DNA of 56,539 bases, filler included, from Sluysia triapertura (taxonomy: Eukaryota): NCBI GenBank assembly GCA_046118255.1. It is 5 parts of 5 records of this genome, joined end to end, with 100 filler letters (N's around TTAATTAATTAA, not from the genome) between each part and the next. Parts side by side here need not be neighbours in the genome. Positions count along the whole stretch, not along the records: positions 45,769 to 56,539 come from JBJNIA010193681.1; 4 more parts are not named here. One strand, given 5' to 3'. Both the position numbers and the translations under genes were made by a program. The notes beneath the pieces are model-generated. The model did no database searches. It saw only the letters and a list, made by a program, of their open reading frames with translations, and was not told the DNA's origin. Every line of letters begins with the position of its first letter. Position 1 is the stretch's first letter. Shown here piece after piece: positions 47,960 to 56,539 of this stretch.

Positions 47960-48750
47960 TGAAAAAATTCAACGAAGCAGAGGAAGACCTCTGTGATTAC
48001 TTATTTGAATACGAAAACATTGCTGAAGCAACCGGCTGAAATGAAGTCGAAAAAATTAAAAGATTTCAAAACTATTTAACTGGAGTGGCGATCCAGAGTT
48101 ATAAGGAAATAAGTAATAATGATAAGCAATCTTGTAACGCCTTTACCGGAGGAAATAGCACTCAAAGGTATGGTAAAATATTATACTAAAATGTTAAATG
48201 TAAGAAAGCAAAAGCCAAACGAATCTGTATTGTTACCAGGACAAAAATCTCTGAAAATTAAAAAGAATTAACATTAATAGATAAACTAAAAACTAGCTTA
48301 TGACCAGAATTAAGGACATATGTTGCACTAATAGAAGGAAAACCTATTAAGGAAATAATTAAAAACTAAGAAGTATAGAACGATCCTACATTGATGATAA
48401 GGATAACACTAATTACGTAAGTGATATTGATGATAAAGGAGATAAAAGTTCTAAATTTATAAGTAATACGAATAAAGACAATTATGATAATTATAACGAT
48501 AATGATAGACATACTAATAGATTGAACAATTCTTCAAATTACGATAAACATAATAATAATTATAATAATAAAAATAGTAACAGATATAATAGCCCACGCA
48601 GAGGCAATTCAAATAGTTAAAGAGGATTTCAAAATAGTGGAACAAGTCCTTATGGTGCATCTAAATATGAACAAAGACCAGCACCAAGGTGGTCACCTTA
48701 TTCTAATATTAATAATCTAAGTAGTGTTAATGTGTTAAAAAATAAATAAT
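47960..48750 (+). pseudogene. Ty3/Gypsy gag relic
   Basis: KFNEAEEDLCDYLFEYENIAEATG*NEVEKIKRFQNYLTGVAIQSY, then L*PELRTYV and an Asn/Arg-rich tail. Confidence 0.75.
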
Positions 48751-49109
48751 AAAGTTCAACTTAATGCATAACGATAAAGTTCAAATTAATGTATATTTAT
48801 TCGTAAAATTTATTTCAAGTTAATGTATATTTATTTAATGATTCGTAAAATTTATTTATAATTCATTTGAAATAATTTATGTTTTAATTTTTAGAAAAGT
48901 TAAAAATACAAATTTATGAAATCTCACAATTTTTTGCAATCCTTGGTGAACGCATACTTTTGTGATTACTTCGAAATAGCTAATTGTTTTTTGAGGACAT
49001 TATATCTTTTGGAATCAGGATCTATCTACAATTTCCATTATTATGTTTGGGAAAAAGGCCTAGAGTGCCATTTGCTAAAATTGACTATAATAAAATAAAA
49101 TCGTTAGAC

Positions 49110-49181
49110 GGGGCTGATAGCTCAGTGGTACAGTATCGACTGTGCAGACAATGGTCCCGGGTTCGATTCCCGGTCAATACA
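49110..49181 (+). tRNA. tRNA-like sequence (pseudogene or SINE head; Cys-like 5' half)
   Basis: A box TAGCTCAGTGGTA, T-arm CCGGGTTCGATTCCCGG, followed by TTTT; acceptor and anticodon stems pair poorly. Confidence 0.55.
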
Positions 49182-49438
49182 TTTTATAAGTCTAACAATT
49201 AGATTATCGTTAGTTTTTGTACTAAGTTTGCTGCAATATTTAAGATTGCGTTCAATTTCCTATTGTAGCTGATTAAAATTAATTATTTAAAATTTGAATA
49301 CGTCGATTAATCCTTCTCAAAAAGTATCATTACTATTATTATATTAATCAGTTGTACTTTATTTACTTAATTGTATATAAAGTTTTTTGAAATAACTTTA
49401 TCCTAATTTTAATTTTTTTACTATCATAACTAAGTCTT

Positions 49439-49568
49439 AGGTTCTATTTAGAACCTTATTAAAATCATCCACTAAATCTTTGATTATTTTTTAAAGGTTC
49501 AATTTCAGAACCTTATCAAAATCATTTCGTAATTTGTAAAGGTTCAATTTAGGAACCTTATTAAAATA
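49439..49568. repeat. Three tandem palindromic sites AGGTTC-N5/7-GAACCTTAT
   Basis: Copies start at 49439, 49495 and 49540. Confidence 0.8.
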
Positions 49569-49677
49569 TATTGATTTAATTATTTTTGTGCAAGTAATAA
49601 ATTTATTATTAAGAGTCTATAGAAGAAATATAGCTAAGTAATTTAACCTCCATTTATTTCAAATATTAATTTTATAG

Positions 49678-49785
49678 AAAAACCCAACGGCTAACCCTAA
49701 CCGGTAAGTCCAGTAGGTTGGTGAACTCACCTTAAACTTAAGCTAAGTTTCTTTTTATTCTATCTGCTTACTTTTTTCACAATAG
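49678..49785 (+). promoter_or_regulatory. Conserved leader motif with a putative 5'-UTR intron (GTAAGT at 49704)
   Basis: aaaaacccaacggctaaccctaaccgGTAAGtccagtaggttggtgaactcacc followed by a pyrimidine tract; homologous to 22134-22192 (minus). Confidence 0.6.
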
Positions 49786-49819
49786 TAATAATAGAAATAG
49801 AAGCAAAAGCCCTATGTAG

Positions 49820-50640
49820 TATGAAAACAATAACAAGACGCAAACTAATATAGATGGAGAGATAATTAATGATAAATGTGGTAAGTATGGACATTATACA
49901 AGAAATTTTAGAAATCTAAAAGAAAATATATTTATTCACTAAGATAAGGGGCCCACAACAATAAAGATAGCAAAGTCCTATTAGGAGAGTAAGATTCAAT
50001 GATAATAAGAATGATAAGGGTCAAATAAATTATAATTATAGAAATCAGACAGACTACAATTTTAGAGATGGAATGAATGAATATGAATAAGAATATTAAT
50101 ATGAAGAGAAACCCAGAAGAAATAAAAATATCAAGAATAAATAACCAAAAAGAGGAGAAATGAGCAGTGATGAAGAAGATGATAAATATTTACAACTAAT
50201 AACTAATGAAGAAAAGAATGCAATGTTAATCAAATTACATATTCCTGGATTATATTTTGACAGAAATAGATTCAAAAATAAAAGAAAAGAGGAAATATGC
50301 ACGATAAATATTTAGATTATCGAAAAGATAAACAACGAAGTAAACGAGGAAAAAGGAAATTAGATTAACAACTCAACCAATTCAAGTTAGAATTCGATAA
50401 ATACCAAATCAGCCAATGGAAGAAAGAATCGAATAAGCAAGAAAAATAAAAGAAGTAATTACAAATGAAGATAAGAGAAAAAGAATTCAAGAAATAATTT
50501 ATAAACGGGAAGGTAAAATAAAGGGAATTGGATCAATCAGGAAATAAATAAATAGATCTAATAAATAAATCTAATAAATAAATAGATGAAATTGCATCTA
50601 CTAATTCAGAATGTTCAGATTTTCTTAGTAAACAATTATA
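49820..50640 (+). pseudogene. Decayed Lys/Asn/Glu/Arg-rich ORF
   Basis: Purine-skewed frame QSPIRRVRFNDN...PKRGEMSSDEEDDKYLQLITNEEKNAMLIKLHIPGLYFDRNRF with stops. Confidence 0.5.
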
Positions 50641-50657
50641 ATATTATTAATTTCTTC

Positions 50658-50747
50658 GGGTTCGCCTGTGATATACGATTTATGTCGCACGAAGACGTAT
50701 CCACGGGATGTCAAATGTCAAAAGCTTGCGACTCAGTCTGAGGGTCA
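50658..50747 (+). other. Putative 3' structured element (GGGTTCG-hairpin-GAGGGTCA)
   Basis: CCTGTG/CACGGG and ATACG/CGTAT stems; GC island immediately after the ORF, followed by a T-rich tract. Confidence 0.55.
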
Positions 50748-51239
50748 ATATTTTATTTTCAATATATGTTTAACTCAAAATATCAATTTACTCTTTTGGA
50801 TTTTACTATAACCAATTTTACTTTATTAAACTTTATTTGAAACTCTACCGAATTTTACTTAAATCAGTTAATTCTATTAATTAATGACACTATTAATTTA
50901 TCTATACTAAAATCAAAGATAACAAAATTTATTATTCGAAAAAAAACAAATTTATAAATATATGTTTGGTGGGTGATCTAGATAATTGAAATGAGTTGAA
51001 TTTAAATTTATAAAATTATCATTTAGCAGGTGCAGATTTATCTGTACATGCCTCATTGAACCTATTCTTATTTCGTAAAAAGTTCTTTTATAATTAGAGA
51101 TAATTCTTATGAAATCTTTTCTCATATTATTAACACCATGTTCACTATAAGTGAAACATTTATGAATGCCACAAAACTTGACTTTAAATAAATTATATAA
51201 AAGACTAAACAACACATAAGTATATTCAAACTTTTATTA

Positions 51240-52550
51240 AATATAGAGACAAAGACTATTATATTTGATAGTGCATCCTGATGTGCCGCATTCCGCCGCG
51301 CTCCAATAGGATCATCTGAAAAAAAATGAATATTTAATTTAAAAAATGATTTAATAAAACAAAAATTAACCTTTTTAACTTCTCATTTATGAACCTTGAA
51401 TTTAATATGTTTATCCAATAGATAATTATCGTACGACTTTGGAGATTGTAGAGGTGAACACATAACTTTAAGACTAGATTTATTTTTTCTTTTGATATCA
51501 ATTATTTTTTCAGATAATTCTGAGCATACGGATGATCAAATTGTAAGAAGATTCCAAGATCTTTGAATATGAAAGTCTTTTTATATATTTCATTTTATGC
51601 AGACTTTTGAATAACTCCTTATATTCTTGAAAAGAGAAAATATGCGCAATTACTGGAGTTTCATATGTTGCATGTAAAACTCCATCTAATGAATTTACTT
51701 TAACATAATCTAAATATTGTAAATTTAAAAATTCGTTACCGAGACATGCATTTTCACTACTACAACAATTATTATCATTTTTAAATAGGTTGGCAATCTT
51801 CAACTTTATTTTTGCTGTCTGAACTATTTCTGTACCAACTAAGTTAGTTGGAAAGCGACGATTATAAAATGATTATAATTCACGATTATAAAATGATTTG
51901 AAAACATCAGTACATGGTGGTAAAACTAACTGAACAAATGAAAGACATTGTTCATTATACATAATTGAAATACATTTACTAAATCTTTCAGTCAGAATAT
52001 GCATTAATTTACTAATGTAACTAAATGGATACTATTTCCATTTCGCAATACTAGATCGATTACAGTAACTAGACTTCACGTGAAATTGACATAAAGAAAC
52101 AGGATCCATTGTGTTTATAAAACTGTTTCATTCTAAATTTTGGATCACCGCTGAAGGGAATCTACAATCAATAATTATACTAGAATTTAGTTTTAAATTT
52201 TTTAAGTCATCTAAATCAGAAATAGGAGACAGCATCAACATAGACTCATAATTATCACATAAATCAACTTATTTATTATTAGAATACATAAACGAATATA
52301 CGCCAAAATTTGATATTAAATTAGAATTAATACAATTATAAACTTCATAATCTTCTTGATAACTGAGCATGAAAAATAGTGCTTTATAATTGTTATTAGT
52401 AATAACTAAAAATAAATTGTATTTAATTTTACCAACATAAGAATATTGATTGGTATTCAGAATGAATTGAACCGCGTTTTCGATTTTATTTGCTTGTGAG
52501 CATCTGCATTAGCGACTCTTTCTCGTATACAGTTTGATCTCATATTAAAG
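51240..52550 (-). pseudogene. Decayed Cys-rich orphan gene, possible short intron ~51316-51370
   Basis: Long frame with few stops (..CRFPFSGDPKFRMKQFINTMDPVSLCQFHVKSSYCN..; CCSSENACLG); GTTAATT..TTTTTTTCAG intron-like segment. Confidence 0.45.
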
Positions 52551-53469
52551 ACTATACGTTCAGATAAGTCTAATAACTATGTATAATTTGAAATTTTTCC
52601 AACTATTGTTACAGGCATAACAGCGAGAGAAAATTGTAAATTATATTTATTGACTTGTCAAGTACAAAAAATGATATTTTTAATTCCTTTTTTTCAGATG
52701 ATGGCCAGTGATTGGTAATCCAACCAGAATTGTTTATCTGTAGATGAATGAAATTAATTCTCGTTGGATGCCAGTAATATGAGTAGAGATTTAATGAAAT
52801 GGTTATTGTGAATAATTAGCCATCATCAGTGTTGATATAAATGTGTCGACAGTAATGAACAATGTCAACATTGGTGATGGTAGAAACAATTTTTGTTATT
52901 TTATGGAAAATTAATAAAATTTTATAACAATAATAATAAAAACAATGTTGTTATTATTATTAATATTATTTTTCTACGAAAATATTAAAAATTGCATAAA
53001 TTTCCTATCTTTTTCTTAACGCAATCTTTCTGTCGCTTTCATTGAATTCTTAACATATTTTAGATCTGAAAATAGTAGAAATGGATTCTGTAACAACGGA
53101 GACAAAAGAAATAGTGTTAAAATTATTATGGTTATTAATCTACATAAATTGCTGAATTCTTTAAAACTGTACACGATCTTCCTTTAATTCTTCTAGATTT
53201 ATTGACATGTTTTGAAACTAATAATCATTGAGTACAGATTAGTTTGAATGAATTTATATGTGTGATTAACGTTTTAAGATATGATAATATTTCTTATGAA
53301 ATGCAATTAAATGCGGAACACTGGAATGATATTTTAGGTATTGACTTATGTTTCTGATTAAGAATGTATTTAAATATTGGAAGATCGTGAATAAAAGACC
53401 TATTGAGAAGAGTGTAATTTGGTAAACGTAAAAAAGGCAACTACAATACAGCTCTTGGTATATTTAAAA

Positions 53470-53778
53470 TATTGTTGTGCAGTGTTTTCTGTGATTTATT
53501 TATTTGATGTTTTTGAATGGTATTGTATTGTGTTGTTGGTGATTATGTATAGACAAATGGTGAATTTAAGATGTTGTAATTGATTCGAAATAGATAATTT
53601 ACATGATTTAGATAAATTGTTGGTATAAGTTGATGGTATTAAATGTAACTGTGGTTTATATATTATGAGCTTGTGAATATGGCTTAGTTTAGGCAAATGA
53701 ACTATTTTGCAAGTGTATTGGAGGTTTAATTAGTTTTTTCTTTTAAAATTTCAACAGTTATAAAGGTTGCCCACTACA
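53470..53778 (-). mobile_element. LTR-like family A copy
   Basis: Minus strand starts TGTAGTGGGCAACCT; G/T-rich body. Confidence 0.5.
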
Positions 53779-55092
53779 AAAACAAAATGAAAAACTTAAT
53801 TTTAATCATGAAGTTTAATGTTCGATTCAGAACCCTATTGTAAATTAGAGTAAAAATAATAAACGATAAATTTATAAAGCTAGAGGTTATAAATGATCTT
53901 ACAATAATATAATTAAATTAAATTAACTAAGTCTATCTGTGAACAATTTATTCGGTTTGTTCATTCCGTAAATCTTGTGCTAAGATTTTTTATTTTGATC
54001 TTAACTGGGATAAGTAACTACCCTATTAGCTTAATGAATAACAGCAATTATGAGGATAATAAATAAAATGAGTCTTTTTGAAACTCATGGTAATTTACGA
54101 AATAAAAAGTTGATTTGGTAAGATACGCTCAATGCCTTGATAAAAATGAACTTTTTAGAAGTTTTCCAAAGCCAAAAGTAAATGAGAAAAATATATTGAT
54201 TATTGTTTGGTAGTCTATAATAGAAATTATTCAATGCAACTTCTTAATTTCCTGATGAAACCATAAATTCTAAATAGTACTACATATACATTAAAACTGT
54301 GGATCAAACAATATTTATGAGATTCCTCATTAGTTATTAGAAAGAATCTCAATATTTTACATGATAAAATTACATATTTTTTGAACGACCAGAAACAAAA
54401 TAATTAAATATTATGAAAATTAAATGATCCTTAAATATTGCTAAAGTTTATTTTGCGATATAGTCCTAAATAATAGTTGTAATAAAAATAGATTATTACA
54501 ATTATTATTGTGGGTACTTTTAAAGGCAAAATCAATAGTCAACAAAATTGGGATAAAATTAATTATTTATTGTGTTTATATTTTAATCTTTTAATTTTAT
54601 TTTTTCTTTATTTCTACAATTTATTTTTGTAATTTCTAATTTATTAAATTGTAATTATAGTGATTTATTATTGTAGTAATAGTATTCAAAATAATGATTA
54701 TAGACAAAATTTTAATTTTTAAATCATTTTTGCAATTAATGGTACTTCCTTTATGTAATTCACCAATAAACTTTAAATTTTACATCTGCAATATTTTTAG
54801 AAGTAATTTGAAAGAAAATAATAACTTTAATTATATTTTAACTATAATTATATCACTTTAATTTTAAAATTATATTTCACTTACAGTTCTAAGAGCATTC
54901 ACTTTACAACTTCAAATATATCTTCTGAAGTGCAAAAAATATATTCAGAAATAATAATAATGAGGTAATATAGTTTAGCAAATGAACATGGAGAAAGGAG
55001 GCAAGAATCTGGATTTAACGTATGCCAATAAAGCAAGATGTGTTTTTACTTTAAATTATTAAACTCCTGGCAAATATATAATATTATTATTT

Positions 55093-55225
55093 GGGTTCGC
55101 CTGAAGTCAATGATTTATATGCGTACAAGACACTGCTTCAGGATTTTTTCTTAAATTTAAAAATCTTCGGAAGTTTTTCCTTGCTCTTGACAAATTACTG
55201 ATAATGCTAATTTAATCGAGGGTCA
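55093..55225 (+). other. Putative 3' structured element (GGGTTCG-hairpin-GAGGGTCA)
   Basis: GGGTTCG-CCTGAAG...CTTCAGG stem; stem sequence differs from the 50658 copy while pairing is kept. Confidence 0.55.
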
Positions 55226-56465
55226 CTTAATCTAACTTTTATTATTAATTTAACAAATATCTTTACAACTTTTTAAATATCGTTTACTTTATTCCAATCT
55301 TACTAAATAAATAAAGAAAATAATACAACTTTTCTAATAAATTACGGTAAAAATCAAATATAAAACAAAATGTAATAAACAGAATATAGAAATAATGATA
55401 ATGATAACAATTATTTAAATTAAAAATTAAGTTATTTACTTAATTTAAATTTAACTTTAAGATAAAATATTAAGCTAGATTTAATATTTGACTTTCAAAT
55501 TTTGAAAGATTTTCCTGAAATATTATAGGATACACTTATAATAAGAAATCTTACGCTTTATTCATGGAAACACAAGAGTTTGTAAAGATGGATCTGAATC
55601 TGGAACCTTCGATCATTTTGTTGCCTGGATCTGTAAATTTTTCACTAATTTATATTTCTATTCCAAATTGATAAAAACTGCTAAGATCCTCCGAGAACCA
55701 AATATGCCAATAACGGATGGTTAGATACACAAAATTGAATCCGTCAAAAATTATAACCACAAGATTAGTAGCAAGATTTATGTGAAATATTTTAAAATTC
55801 TTCTTTTTGTGTGTAGTTACAGAGCCTTTTATTAAAAATAAAAATAAGTCGAATATAAAACTACCATAATTTTTGTTTTTAATTTTTTAATACTTTTTAT
55901 TTCTCATATAACAGTTAAAATGTTTCTTATACAAACTTTATTGCTTAATTTTCAATAAACAACTTATTCAAAATTTTATACTTATTTTATGTTTAATTTG
56001 CTTTCTTATTCATTTATAATATTTAATAATTATTTTACTTTTTACAGAATTTAATATTTTTACAATAATGTAGCAAAGTTAATTTAAATGTATTGAATTT
56101 AAAACTTAAACATAATAGATTTACATAATTTAAAAAATTTATTTATATATTTACAATATTACAAGCACAAAAATGCCACTAAAAGTGAATATTAATTGGC
56201 ACAAACAAACCAACAAGGAAGATATCAATAAAGTACATATTAAAAATAGCCTTATTATAGATAAAATCGTATTTGATGAACATTGAACATTAATGATTAT
56301 TGATCAATAATCAGGAAAATGGAAAAATGCTGTATAAAAATCAGAAAATTGGTTAGACAAAATAGAATTTTTAAAAATTTGGTTACTGTTAATTAAATAT
56401 TCATTTAAGAAAATCTTGAGAATTTTGGTGGAATTATAGAATTTAGAAAATTTTGGTTTCAGTAA

Positions 56466-56466
<1 letters not shown>

Positions 56467-56539
<73 letters not shown>
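56467..56539. repeat. (AAT)n microsatellite
   Basis: Direct reading; at window end. Confidence 0.95.

Noticed and set aside
49439-49568. Mini CRISPR array
   Set aside because: Only three degenerate repeats with short AT-rich uneven spacers, no cas genes, eukaryotic context
50658-50747. HDV-like ribozyme (GGCGAACCC on the minus strand), SECIS, or Pol III B box
   Set aside because: No upstream P2 partner strand for an HDV fold; upper helix too short and no apical AA for SECIS; GTTCG lacks the following A of a B box
2990-52550. Stop-codon reassignment explaining the many interrupted ORFs
   Set aside because: Interruptions include TAA, TAG, TGA and frameshifts, while RNF41 and the 594-aa ORF read in the standard code; decay is the simpler explanation

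Overview
This window is not one continuous locus. It is five contigs of about 11 kb (1-11156, 11257-22422, 22523-34002, 34103-45668, 45769-56539) joined by artificial 100-nt linkers (N44-TTAATTAATTAA-N44). The DNA is very AT-rich and rich in (AAT)n microsatellites. It looks metazoan: it has a spliced RNF41/NRDP1 E3-ligase gene with a 32-nt intron, decayed mariner/Tc1, hAT and Gypsy-gag relics, an LTR-like family starting TGTRGTGRCCAACC, and a tRNA-like sequence. Two long intronless ORFs stand out: a tandem TIR-only protein (at least 4 TIR_2 repeats, one with the catalytic Glu replaced by Ala) and a RING-finger fused to a tryptophan-repeat solenoid of a type known from entomopoxviruses and phages. 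Arrays of compact, intronless, partly decayed orphan ORFs are scattered over all contigs. Two of these arrays, on different contigs and with unrelated cargo, share the same non-coding frame: AGGTTC..GAACCT palindromes, then a ~60-nt CCAACGG/GTAAG/ACTCACC leader, then ORFs, then a GGGTTCG-hairpin-GAGGGTCA 3' element. I infer these are expression cassettes of an undescribed large mobile element or endogenous virus family. All alignments and folds were done by eye, and repeat boundaries are approximate.
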